A stretch of DNA of 47,351 bases, from NCBI GenBank assembly GCA_039679675.1, contig JBDKUN010000058.1, forward strand, positions 1 to 47,351, written 5' to 3'. The translations under genes and the position numbers were made by a program. The notes under the pieces were generated by a model. The model made no database searches and was not told the DNA's origin. It saw nothing but the letters and a program-made list of their open reading frames with translations. This document shows positions 38,501 to 47,226 of the stretch, piece after piece. How positions within the stretch are numbered: position 1 is the first letter of the stretch; each line of letters starts with the position of its first letter. The DNA comes from Armatimonadota bacterium. Lineage in GTDB: Bacteria; Armatimonadota; UBA5829; DTLH01.

Positions 38501-39945
38501 TTGCATCACAGGGAGGACTCATAGAAATTCCGCCCGCTCCCGGTTATGAAATTGCCAGGTGGACGCATCCTGATAATCTGGAAACTATTTACAGGCGCAC
38601 TCTTGCTATGCAGAAGCTGGAAGCAAGACCGGTTTCCCCGCAGCAGTATCAAACGTTTCTTCTCAAATGGCAACATCTGCACCCTGAGACCAGATTACAG
38701 GGGCCTGACGGCGTTCGCACAATACTCCGGCAGCTTGAGGCCGTCCGGATCCCTTATAGCGTGTGGGAACCGGATATACTTGCGAGGAGAGTGGAACGGT
38801 TCGGGGTTGAGCAGATAGATAATCTGTGCAGCTCTGCTGAGTTCGTCTGGGTAGGCCGGTCAGCAAGCGACAAGAAACACGGAACAGTCGCATTCGTTGC
38901 AAGAGAAGGTTTCAGTGAACTCTACTCGATACTGGATAAAGCAGAAAACAATGGAAACACAAACGGGCAGAGGGATGCCGTTTATAGAGCACTCAAAAAC
39001 CGTGGAGCATCTTTCGTTATCGATCTTGTTCTTGAAACAGGGCTCGATTCGCGCATCGTACAGAGTGTTTTATGGGAGATGATCTGGTCAGGAGATGTTA
39101 CGCACGACTATTTCAAAATCCTTAGATCAGGTAAACCGCCAACGGTATCGCCCCGGCAACAAATGCAAGTCCCTCCGAGAACGGTAGATAAAAAGCAGTT
39201 CTACCGCGCAAGGTCTCGAGTCGCCAAGACATTCACCCGCCCGCCGGATGCAAACCCCGGCAGGTGGGTGCTTCTCTCATCACTCGGAAGCCCCAATACC
39301 GATAGGCAAGACTGTTTAGAGATTTACGCGCGGATTCTACTGGAACGCTACGGCGTTGTGGCAAAAGATATCGTGTATAGAACAGGCGAGATCGAAGTCA
39401 TCTGGAACGACCTTTACGAAATATACCAGCGAATGGAACTCTCCGGTGAGATAGAACGCGGATATTTCGTGGATGGGCTGGACGGCGCACAGTTCGGGCT
39501 GCCTGAAGCCGTCGATGAGCTGCTCGGCAGATCAAGGGTTGGCTTTACCAACTCCGCATCCGATGACTCTCCGGTAATAATTAACTCCTGTGACCCGGCG
39601 TATCTGTATTCGGCAGCAGGGCCGTTTGACGCAGGAGCTTACCGGATGAACAGATTGCCTTCAAACTACGCAGTCCTGTTCGGTGGTAAACCTGCACTCA
39701 CACTTGAGCTTGGTTCCGGCACAATCAGGATGCAAGATGATGTTGATGAGGCAGACATACCTGCAATCATATCAACTCTTGCTCATCTTATGGACAGCCC
39801 GTGGCCAATCCGGCCATATCGAAAAGTCGAAGTCACATCATTCGACACACAACCCGTCATAGGCAGCCCGATAGATGCAATTATGCGTTCTTGTGGATTT
39901 GAAGCGGATAACAACAAGCTTGTGCATAGGGGTATCAGCCTGTGA
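35503..39945 (+). CDS. lhr: Lhr family ATP-dependent helicase (long form with C-terminal winged-helix / glycosylase-like domains)
   Basis: APTGSGKT, SPLKAL, TTPESL, DEIH, SAT, HHGS, TLELGID, QRVGRAGH; C-terminal LLERYGVV and RGYFVDGLDGAQF. Confidence 0.93.
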   Translation: MSSEFPASFHPAIKKWFVEKFGQPTQPQKQGWPLIDRGINTLILAPTGSGKTLAAFLAGINRVICDLASGQTPENGVEILYISPLKALNYDIERNLASPLSEINEIAEKMGCPIPSIKTAVRTGDTPANERRKMLKKPPHILITTPESLHIMLTSSARNIFDTVRYVIVDEIHALCPNKRGVFLSVLLERLEHICINSPVRIGLSATQKPLSEVARFLGGFDDDGEPRQVEIVDTGVRRQVDLKVVCTCDDLRHPEDGSVWPSIYRRLLDLVRTHKSTIIFANTRRIVENLTLGINDLAGEEIVKPHHGSVSAPLRRRTEAALKNGTLKGVVATGTLELGIDMGAVELVCQVESPKEVSRGLQRVGRAGHVHTAISKGRVLAKTNPDLVEAVSIAKGMIDGDVEPINVPKNCLDILAQQIVAMAAIEDTHWGDVYRTVKRTYTFKELSEEAFNLTLQLVTGRYPSKAFKDLRARVSFDRLTGRISPLPGSQRLVIANGGAIPDTGEYGVYLADAHVKIGELDEEFVYESREGDTFSLGTNGWKIQKIEADRVIVSHGSQVQAKMPFWRGESVPRSARTGRKMGEMLRNIAEMDDKAEKWVAENLPVDMRSACNLCNFVKTQTGTKDKSGLPTDKRIVLESFVDELGSTRLALLSVFGGRIHHALRIALSALMKKELGVVPETISGDNGILFKLPEGDTPPPFSLLKKLTPDLAYELIAEDLPDTALFGLRFRQNAARALLLPGAGAGRRTPLWLQRLKSRDLLYIAKAFDGFPIVVETLRECLQDYLELSELQEILRQVQSGEIEVSVVERQLPSPFTSAILLNFQMIYQYEGDDPKVQSRKRNAPIERRLVDELIDGKVNRMLDERAISGLDDQLQGRGDHSRARTAGELYELIRQLGDIPEEDCISRCTEPEMFDALLEEGRLVRIVLPHAERPSRFVACDYLEEYIQATSDDYTLQLAAFAGIIERHISNRGVVVPADIAADYGLPAEFVANIVNGLASQGGLIEIPPAPGYEIARWTHPDNLETIYRRTLAMQKLEARPVSPQQYQTFLLKWQHLHPETRLQGPDGVRTILRQLEAVRIPYSVWEPDILARRVERFGVEQIDNLCSSAEFVWVGRSASDKKHGTVAFVAREGFSELYSILDKAENNGNTNGQRDAVYRALKNRGASFVIDLVLETGLDSRIVQSVLWEMIWSGDVTHDYFKILRSGKPPTVSPRQQMQVPPRTVDKKQFYRARSRVAKTFTRPPDANPGRWVLLSSLGSPNTDRQDCLEIYARILLERYGVVAKDIVYRTGEIEVIWNDLYEIYQRMELSGEIERGYFVDGLDGAQFGLPEAVDELLGRSRVGFTNSASDDSPVIINSCDPAYLYSAAGPFDAGAYRMNRLPSNYAVLFGGKPALTLELGSGTIRMQDDVDEADIPAIISTLAHLMDSPWPIRPYRKVEVTSFDTQPVIGSPIDAIMRSCGFEADNNKLVHRGISL

Positions 39946-40003
39946 AATATGGATACTCCCCGCATTGCAGCAAATAACGCCGGTGATGTATTATGAAACC
40001 GCC

Positions 40004-40738
40004 ATGTCACGTAATACATCCGGCTTAGTTGCCGAAACCGATCTATATAACCCCATATATGATTACCTCACAAAACATGGATATACCGTGCGAAGCGAAG
40101 TAATGAACTGCGATGTAACTGCTGTCAAAGACGATGAACTGATAGTCATCGAGCTGAAACGCGCCTTCAACACCGCGCTTCTCATTCAGGCGACTGAGCG
40201 CCAGAAGATTACCGGCTCGGTCTATATCGCCCTGCCCTACCCTGCTTCAGGAACGAGGACCAAGCAGTGGAAGGGTATCAGGCATCTGCTGAGAAGGCTT
40301 GAAATCGGGCTTATCTTTGTGCACCTGGGACAAAACAGCCATTCTGTGGAGGTTATCTTCCACCCGCTCCCTTATCAGCGCAAGAAACAGCCGAAAGCAA
40401 AGCGCGCCGTGCTGCGCGAGATAGAATCAAGATCAGGAGACTTCAACCATGGCGGTAGTTTCCACAGGAAGCTCGTAACTGCCTATCGGGAGAATGCCAT
40501 TCATATCGCCTGCTGCCTGGACAGGTTCGGCCCGCTCACACCAAAACAACTTCGGGAGCTTGGAACAGGCAATAAAACGCTTGATATATTGTATGACAAC
40601 CATTACGGGTGGTTCGAGAGAATCGAGCGCGGCGTTTACGCACTGAGGGCAGAAAAGAAGCCGGAGATGGATCAGTTTACCGAGCTGATCAGACGTTACA
40701 GGGCAGTACTGGACGAAAAGGAAGGCGCTGCCTCTTAA
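40004..40738 (+). CDS. DUF2161 family putative PD-(D/E)XK phosphodiesterase/nuclease with C-terminal HTH
   Basis: ETDLY..I..YL...GY.V..EV..CD...VIELK; TAYRE; LYDNHYGWFERIERGVYAL. Confidence 0.85.
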   Translation: MSRNTSGLVAETDLYNPIYDYLTKHGYTVRSEVMNCDVTAVKDDELIVIELKRAFNTALLIQATERQKITGSVYIALPYPASGTRTKQWKGIRHLLRRLEIGLIFVHLGQNSHSVEVIFHPLPYQRKKQPKAKRAVLREIESRSGDFNHGGSFHRKLVTAYRENAIHIACCLDRFGPLTPKQLRELGTGNKTLDILYDNHYGWFERIERGVYALRAEKKPEMDQFTELIRRYRAVLDEKEGAAS

Positions 40739-41961
40739 CTATGCGCGCTGGAGTGGCGTGCCCTTCTTGCTGTGACTCTGGCTATTGCAGCAAGTGCTCT
40801 TTTCCGTCTTTCTTCATTGATTTTAGAAACCAGCTTTGACCAGAAAGACTTCTGCACGGCTGCAGGCTCGGATACTTCGCCGGAATCTGGATATTCAGTC
40901 CCGCGTTCATACTCCGGGATAAAATCCATCAAAATGTGCTCTACTTCATCAGCCGTGTCATCCAGCAAGCCTGACAACTCCGTAACTGCAGCCTTTTGAG
41001 AATCTGCGATAGCGCTCACCAACTCATCTGCAGCCTTTTTCTCCGAAGGTTCCTGCTCCGGATCTTGATTTGACTTCGGTTCTGGCTCGGATTCCAGTTC
41101 TGGCTCGATCATTTCCGGCTCAAGTTGTGTGAAGTCTTCGCTTTTGTAATTTCCGTTCTTTTTATTCTTACCGGATAATTTATCCCAAAGCTGAGTCAGG
41201 AAGCCGGATTTATCACCGCCGTCGGGGACACCGGCAGGCTTCTGAGCATCAGATTTACGGGTGTTTACACCCGCCTGGCCGAACAACTGGTCCAAACGAT
41301 TTCTCATATACGGGTCTACCGGGTCGGGGTCTGAAAACTGGGCGTCGATTATAACCGGATCATACGGTTCTTCTTCGTTCTCCGTCTCTGAATTGGCTGC
41401 AGCGTCAAGTCCGGTGCTATCGGTGAACTCCACTGAAGGAATATCTTCCTGCTGCGGCTCATTTTCGAGTTCGGGTTCTTTTGTGGCAACCGGCTCTGCT
41501 GGTCTCGGCTCCGGCTCCGCTGAATCGGTTTGGGAAGAAGATATATCAGCGCCGATACCTTTTTTGAATACATCTTCCTGCATCTCATCGGCTATTGATC
41601 CGGTCTTTTTGAACAACTCGTTTATACGGTTGACGCGGTCTTCCCAATCAGGCGCATTCGGGGCAGGCAGCTCCTTCACAAGCTCCGTAAACTCGGTTGA
41701 GAGGACATTGTTTGCTTCTTGTATGCGATAGAGAACGGAGTTCGAGCGATGGAGCATAAAGTTGAGCTCGCGTTGGCGTTCGAGAAGCTCACACATGACT
41801 TGCTCGGTCTGTTCTTCTCTTCTCTGAAGATCCTCGACCTGCTTTGTAAGCTGTTTGCTTCTCTCCGAAAGCACTGCTTTGGACTTAAGTGCGCGATGGA
41901 GCTTTTCTTTTATTTTGTCGACTGCAGATTCTTCCGACAAGATAGATCCTTCCTCGTACAA
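40735..41961 (-). CDS. Hypothetical protein: N-terminal coiled coil plus acidic Pro/Glu-rich disordered region
   Basis: 408-aa ORF filling the gap between neighbours; heptad-like N-terminus; EP repeats; TTG start uncertain. Confidence 0.75.
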   Translation of the reverse strand: MYEEGSILSEESAVDKIKEKLHRALKSKAVLSERSKQLTKQVEDLQRREEQTEQVMCELLERQRELNFMLHRSNSVLYRIQEANNVLSTEFTELVKELPAPNAPDWEDRVNRINELFKKTGSIADEMQEDVFKKGIGADISSSQTDSAEPEPRPAEPVATKEPELENEPQQEDIPSVEFTDSTGLDAAANSETENEEEPYDPVIIDAQFSDPDPVDPYMRNRLDQLFGQAGVNTRKSDAQKPAGVPDGGDKSGFLTQLWDKLSGKNKKNGNYKSEDFTQLEPEMIEPELESEPEPKSNQDPEQEPSEKKAADELVSAIADSQKAAVTELSGLLDDTADEVEHILMDFIPEYERGTEYPDSGEVSEPAAVQKSFWSKLVSKINEERRKRALAAIARVTARRARHSSAHS

Positions 41962-42117
41962 TTACCGGGTCAGTCTCATTATCGGACATAATGGGCAATC
42001 GCCTTAGTGCCCGGTTTGAATCAACCCATAAATTCACTCGATTGGGTATTAAGATTTGCGACAGATTATCATCTATTTGTAGTTTATCAAGAATTGTCCG
42101 TGAAGTAAAGATAACGC

Positions 42118-42759
42118 TTATTCGCTGATTTTCTTCTTCTCCGGCTTCACATGGTGGTATATAAAGAGCGCGATGCCTGCAATCACAAGCACACCGATCA
42201 CCACATCGGCATTGTGGAAGTAGCCCCTCAAACTCGTCCAATTCTTACCAAGGACTCTACCAACATAGGCAAGCACCAGACACCAGGGAAGCGATCCAAG
42301 GAACGTATACGCGACAAAAGTAGAAAACCGCACACGCGCGATACCTGCTGGAAATGAGATGAAAGTCCTTACAACGGGCAGCAGTCTGGAAATAAACACA
42401 GCTGCATTGCCGTATTTGGCAAACCACCGGTCCGCAGTGTCCAAATCTTTTTGCCTTATAAGAACATATTTGCCATAGCGCTCGATGAAAGGGCGTCCTC
42501 CGTATAAACCGACGCAATAGGATGCAACCGATCCTATGACGCATCCGAGTGCGCCTGCAACGGCTACTCCAAATAGCGACATCGGGTTTGGGTTAGCCTG
42601 GGAATGTATGGTCAGGTAACCGGAAAATGGCATGATTACTTCACTCGGAAGGGGTATGCACGCGCTTTCGATAGCCATGAGAAATGCTACGCCGGCATAT
42701 CCGAGTACGCTTATCTGAGCTGTAATCCAGGCGGCAATTACCTGCAGAATATGTTCCAA
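42118..42759 (-). CDS. DedA family membrane protein
   Basis: ESACIPLPSE, WFAKYG..AVFISRLLPVVRTFISFPAG. Confidence 0.95.
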   Translation of the reverse strand: MEHILQVIAAWITAQISVLGYAGVAFLMAIESACIPLPSEVIMPFSGYLTIHSQANPNPMSLFGVAVAGALGCVIGSVASYCVGLYGGRPFIERYGKYVLIRQKDLDTADRWFAKYGNAAVFISRLLPVVRTFISFPAGIARVRFSTFVAYTFLGSLPWCLVLAYVGRVLGKNWTSLRGYFHNADVVIGVLVIAGIALFIYHHVKPEKKKISE

Positions 42760-42777
42760 ACTTTATCCTCTCTTCCT

Positions 42778-43905
42778 CTATAATACGGACTGATAGAACT
42801 TCACGAACTTATCGATCATCACATCGACGGTAAACCTGGCAGATTCCTTCACAGCTGATTTTGACAACTGAGCTCTGAGCGTCTGATCGGAGATCAACCG
42901 GCAGACCGGGCCTGTAAAACTGCTGACGGAATTATCCGTAAGGAACCCATCAACCTCGTTTTCGATTACATCGGGAGTTCCAGAGGCACGGACAGCGACG
43001 CATGGCAACCCTGCTGTCAATGCTTCGCTCAACACAAGCCCCTGAGTTTCGGTCACCGAAGGAAAAACGAACGTATCGGCTGCACAATACGCACGCCAGA
43101 CATCGTCCCGCTTCAGCATCCCCATAAAAGTAATGCTGTTATCAACTCGAAGCGTCTTTGCAAGCACACGGCAGGCGCTTTCATACGGCCCGCTTCCGAC
43201 AATCATCAATCTGGCTTTCGGATATTTGCTGCGGATGGACTTGAATGATCTGAGCAAGAGCCCCAGGTTTTTCTCCCGCGCGACTCTGCCGACATAAAGC
43301 AGCAAATATGCATCCGGTGGAACATCAAAGAACCGGCGGGACTCCTCACGGTCATAGCTTCTGATATTCGACACTCCGCTCTGGATAACTTCGATGCGGG
43401 TATCTATACCGTAATGCCTCAGAACCTGCTCTACAGGATGAGAAGGCACGACAACCGCCGAGCAGCGCTCATAATACCACTGCATCACGCTCACAATCAT
43501 GGATTTCGTCATAGACTGCGGCAAAAACGGCAGGTAGTGCGTGTATTCAGTATAGAGTGTGTGATTTGTGGATACAATCGGCACCCCGGCAAGCTTCGCC
43601 CATTTAAGGCCCGTGACACCAAGCAAAAAAGGCGACTGGGTATGTACGATATCCGGGCGAAGCGCGAGGAATTCATCCCTCAACTTGGGAGCAAACGGTA
43701 TTGGAAGAGGATAACCCTTTGCAAGACGGCTTACGCGCGACGGAAAGCGATATACGCATTCCGCATCCTTGTACCCTCTAAACCGTGGCGCAAAGACATG
43801 CACCTCATGCCCATGAGCTTTCAGGCCGTCACGCAGCGTTGCAACAGCTACACTGACGCCGTTTACCACAGGCTCATAGCTTTCTGTAAAGATCGCTATA
43901 CGCAT
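42778..43905 (-). CDS. Glycosyltransferase family 4 (diacylglycerol glycosyltransferase-like)
   Basis: MRIAIFTESYEPVVNGV, HTLYTEYTHY, VGRVAREKN, ETQGLVLSEA. Confidence 0.9.
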   Translation of the reverse strand: MRIAIFTESYEPVVNGVSVAVATLRDGLKAHGHEVHVFAPRFRGYKDAECVYRFPSRVSRLAKGYPLPIPFAPKLRDEFLALRPDIVHTQSPFLLGVTGLKWAKLAGVPIVSTNHTLYTEYTHYLPFLPQSMTKSMIVSVMQWYYERCSAVVVPSHPVEQVLRHYGIDTRIEVIQSGVSNIRSYDREESRRFFDVPPDAYLLLYVGRVAREKNLGLLLRSFKSIRSKYPKARLMIVGSGPYESACRVLAKTLRVDNSITFMGMLKRDDVWRAYCAADTFVFPSVTETQGLVLSEALTAGLPCVAVRASGTPDVIENEVDGFLTDNSVSSFTGPVCRLISDQTLRAQLSKSAVKESARFTVDVMIDKFVKFYQSVL

Positions 43906-43978
43906 GAGAATAACGCCGCACCAATCTTGTAATAAAGTCCGCTACCGGTAAAAGAGTTTGCCATCAAAAGTATCGAAG

Positions 43979-45007
43979 TTATTCGTCGCTCTCAGCATCC
44001 GTTCCCGGCTGCGACTCCAGAAACGCGAGAATATCCGACAGTCTAAACCTTCGCTGGTTGCCGACGGTCCTCAAATGCTTCAATGCACCGCGATTTGTAT
44101 ACCTTCTAACGGTAGTCGGGCAAACATTGAGTATCCTTGCCGTTTCCTCAAGCGAAAGCGTCGGGTCCAGCAGCCTGGCTATAAGGTCTTCCCGCGTCTC
44201 CTTAAACCTCTTATACGAACGCTGCGCAACTTCCTGTTGAGTTTGCCCTACAAGGAGCTGAATATGCCGGGGCAATTTGTCCCAAAGCTCACGGACTTCG
44301 GACGCGCTCGGCGTTGCGGGGGGCTGGACCTTCCGGCGCGGCTGTCTGACTGACACTCGTTTGGCGGCAGCGCCAGACGGTTTCGGCTGGACATCTACGA
44401 CCTTCGGCTCCATCTTCGGTTCGACAACAGCTTGAGGCGGCTCAGAATCCCGTACAATCGGTTTAGGCTCGCCTGTCCCTTCCGACAAATGGCTCAACCT
44501 GTCTGTAGGTCTTACCTCAGGCTCCGCAGGCGGAATCGGAGGCTCTAGCTGCGGATCAAAACGCCTTATTCCACGGTCTCTCGCGGGCGGCAGTCCAGGC
44601 TCAGGTTCTTCCAAAAACGGTTTAGATTCTCTTTCTTCAAGAAACGGTTCTGGTTCCGTTTCTTTCAGAAACGGTAGGAAATCCTCAACTTCCGGTACAT
44701 CGGAGTCCTCGAATACTCCGGCGCCCCGACTGCCGAACTCCGGCTGCCGTTCGACTACGGACGGGTCGATTATCATAGAAGACGAGTCTATATCTTCCGT
44801 CTCATCCGGTATAACCCTTCCCATACGGTCACGCACGACAACCCTGTCGGGATCCAGCCACGGCTCATCATCTGCCCTAGACACTGGTTCAGCTTTCTTT
44901 TCTTCTTGTACCGATTGAACCGTCTCCTGGGTTTCTTCATCCGTCGGTTTAACTTGCTGCTGAAGGTACTTCAGCCATTCATCAAGTTTGCTATCGTAGT
45001 CGCCCAT
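43979..45007 (-). CDS. Excisionase/MerR-like (HTH_17) DNA-binding protein with long acidic disordered N-terminus
   Basis: RBS GGAGG; C-terminal LSLEETARILNVCPTTVRRYTNRGAL...RTVGNQRRF. Confidence 0.85.
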   Translation of the reverse strand: MGDYDSKLDEWLKYLQQQVKPTDEETQETVQSVQEEKKAEPVSRADDEPWLDPDRVVVRDRMGRVIPDETEDIDSSSMIIDPSVVERQPEFGSRGAGVFEDSDVPEVEDFLPFLKETEPEPFLEERESKPFLEEPEPGLPPARDRGIRRFDPQLEPPIPPAEPEVRPTDRLSHLSEGTGEPKPIVRDSEPPQAVVEPKMEPKVVDVQPKPSGAAAKRVSVRQPRRKVQPPATPSASEVRELWDKLPRHIQLLVGQTQQEVAQRSYKRFKETREDLIARLLDPTLSLEETARILNVCPTTVRRYTNRGALKHLRTVGNQRRFRLSDILAFLESQPGTDAESDE

Positions 45008-45054
45008 GTGAACCCTCCCGTTCTACATCTACCCTTGCCATATAGCAACCAAAT

Positions 45055-46068
45055 TTAAATTATTAACATGGCATCCCCGAAGCTGAGCATCCTGTATTTC
45101 TTTTCAATAGCTTCGTGGTAAGCCTTCATTATCTTATCTCTGCCCGCAAACGCACTTATGAGGATAAGAAGCGTCGAACGCGGCATATGGAAATTAGTTA
45201 CAAGCGCATCGATTATCTTAATATCATACCCAGGTGTGATAAATAATCTCGTCTCATCGCACATAGGTTTTATTCTATGTTTTTCAACTGCAGCGCTCTC
45301 AAGCGCCCGCGCAGTTGTCGTCCCAACGCATATAATCCTGCCTTTGCAGTTGTTTATCTTTTCAGCTGTGGCTTCATTAATGAATACGGACTCAGCGTGC
45401 ATTTCGTGTTCCATAATGTTTTCAACACGAACCGGCCGGAATGTCCCGATACCAACATGCAGCGTTACGAACGCCGTTTCTATGCCTTTTGCTCGGATTT
45501 CCTCAAATACGCGAGGCGTAAAGTGAAGCCCGGCAGTCGGCGCTGCGGCGGAGCCTTCGCTCTCTGAATAAATCGTCTGATATCTCTCCCGGTCTTCGAG
45601 CTTTCGATGAATATACGGCGGAAGCGGCGTTTCGCCAAGCGTTGAGATCAGATCGTCGCAATTACCTGCGCAGCTAAACTCTAGAATTCGGCCGCCGTCG
45701 TCCAGACGGTCGATTGCCCTGGCTGTAAGCTCACCTTCTCCGAAAATGATCTCAGTTCCGACCGGAACACGCCTTCCGGGTTTCACCATAGCCTGCCAGT
45801 GGCGCTCATCCAGCTTCGAAAGGAGCAGTGCTTCAACAGCTCCCCCGCTCTCTTTGCGACCATGGAGTCTCGACGCCACAACCCGCGTATCGTTTAGGAC
45901 CAGAAGATCGTCTGGCTCAAGATAGCCCGCCAGGTCAAGAAACTTTTTGTGCTCGATCAATCCTGTTTTCTTATTAAGCACCAAAAGTCTCGACTGGTCA
46001 CGCTCCGCTAGAGGCTCCTGAGCGATCAACTCCTCCGGCAGGTCATAATTAAAATCCTGAAGTTGCAA
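45055..46068 (-). CDS. queA: S-adenosylmethionine:tRNA ribosyltransferase-isomerase
   Basis: FNYDLPEELIAQ, PLPPYI, YQT, AAPTAGLHF, TLHVG.GTF, TNFH.P.STL, SFGDAM. Confidence 0.97.
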   Translation of the reverse strand: MQLQDFNYDLPEELIAQEPLAERDQSRLLVLNKKTGLIEHKKFLDLAGYLEPDDLLVLNDTRVVASRLHGRKESGGAVEALLLSKLDERHWQAMVKPGRRVPVGTEIIFGEGELTARAIDRLDDGGRILEFSCAGNCDDLISTLGETPLPPYIHRKLEDRERYQTIYSESEGSAAAPTAGLHFTPRVFEEIRAKGIETAFVTLHVGIGTFRPVRVENIMEHEMHAESVFINEATAEKINNCKGRIICVGTTTARALESAAVEKHRIKPMCDETRLFITPGYDIKIIDALVTNFHMPRSTLLILISAFAGRDKIMKAYHEAIEKKYRMLSFGDAMLII

Positions 46069-46072
46069 ATAC

Positions 46073-46273
46073 TTATCTCCTGAATAGCAGGTTGAGAATC
46101 AACGTCAGGATCAGGCTGAGAAGGATCATCGTAACGATTGGAATGAAGATTGTGACACCATTCCTGCGAATAAGTATATCACCCGGCAACCCCCTGCCAA
46201 ACCACCCGAACAGGATCAGGAGAACGCCGATAATTACTACGATTATACCGATCAGGATCAGCATTCTTTCCAT
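46073..46273 (-). CDS. DUF2905 family small membrane protein
   Basis: GRGLPGDI...IFIPIVTMILLSLILT; this family commonly lies upstream of queA. Confidence 0.85.
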   Translation of the reverse strand: MERMLILIGIIVVIIGVLLILFGWFGRGLPGDILIRRNGVTIFIPIVTMILLSLILTLILNLLFRR

Positions 46274-46316
46274 AGCTGATTGTTCAACTTTCAAGTACCA
46301 AACTTGTACGCAGGGT

Positions 46317-46345
46317 ATTCTACTGCCGTCCTTTAGTTGTGTCAA
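46317..46345 (-). promoter_or_regulatory. sigma70 promoter for DUF2905-queA
   Basis: TTGACA-17 nt-TAGAAT on the minus strand. Confidence 0.75.
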
Positions 46346-46449
46346 GCGGATAAACGCCCCATTTGTTTGCATTACCGAGCTTCACTCGCGTGGCAGTTAA
46401 AGATTTTGGAAGAATGACATGTTCACTATACCCATCATTCCAAATTACC

Positions 46450-46478
46450 TTGTCAACATATCTCAGCGGGTGTATAAT
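46450..46478 (+). promoter_or_regulatory. sigma70 promoter for rex
   Basis: TTGTCA-17 nt-TATAAT. Confidence 0.75.
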
Positions 46479-46488
46479 TTGCTTGTAC

Positions 46489-46506
46489 TTGTGAATTTGC
46501 TCACAA
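46489..46506 (+). promoter_or_regulatory. Rex operator
   Basis: TTGTGAA-tttg-CTCACAA, one mismatch from TTGTGAA-N4-TTCACAA, just downstream of the rex -10. Confidence 0.85.
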
Positions 46507-46549
46507 TCCTGGCTTTGCACGCAGCCTGCTTTTAAGAGGTGCTACCCTG

Positions 46550-47197
46550 ATGCCTAAAAATAACTCTCATAAAGTCCCTATGCCCACACTCGAAAGGCTT
46601 GCAACATATCTCACAGCCCTGGTAGATCTAGCGGAACGGGGAACGGCAACAATTTCATCCAGTGAGATCGAGCGGCTGACCGGGATCAACGCGGCACAGT
46701 TCAGAAAAGACCTGTCATACTTTGGAGAGTTCGGAAGGCCGGGAATAGGCTATGATGTAGAAGAACTCCGGGAAAGTTTAGCCAAAATTCTCAAAGTCGA
46801 GCACACACAGCCCGTTCTTCTGATTGGCGCGGGCAATCTGGGAAGCGCACTTGTGGGATTTCCGGGGCTTAGAGCGCAAAACTTCCACATTGTAGCTGTT
46901 TTTGACAATAACTATAACAAAATCGGCAGGCGGCTCTGGGATTTGGAGATATGTGATGTCGAAGATATATCCAGCATCAATAAGGATATTCAATCTAGGA
47001 TCGGAATCATAGCAGTCCCATCAAATGCCGGACAGGACGCCGCAAACAAGCTGGTAGCTGCCGGGATAGAGGCCATTCTGAACTTCGCTCCCACAATCCT
47101 GAAGGTTCCTGACGATGTGGTAGTCCGAAACGTCGATTTTGTGCAGGAACTGGCGATCCTGGCATTCCACTTATCGGAAGACAAGACTGCATCTTGA
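46550..47197 (+). CDS. rex: Redox-sensing transcriptional repressor Rex
   Basis: RLATY, RKDLSYFGEFGRPGIGY, GAGNLG, AILNFAP. Confidence 0.97.
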   Translation: MPKNNSHKVPMPTLERLATYLTALVDLAERGTATISSSEIERLTGINAAQFRKDLSYFGEFGRPGIGYDVEELRESLAKILKVEHTQPVLLIGAGNLGSALVGFPGLRAQNFHIVAVFDNNYNKIGRRLWDLEICDVEDISSINKDIQSRIGIIAVPSNAGQDAANKLVAAGIEAILNFAPTILKVPDDVVVRNVDFVQELAILAFHLSEDKTAS

Positions 47198-47226
47198 ATA
47201 ACTGCAGTTCTGTCTGCTTAAAACAA

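Noticed and set aside
43979..44200. Prophage excisionase marking a mobile element
   Set aside because: No integrase, att site or phage genes nearby; flanked by housekeeping genes.
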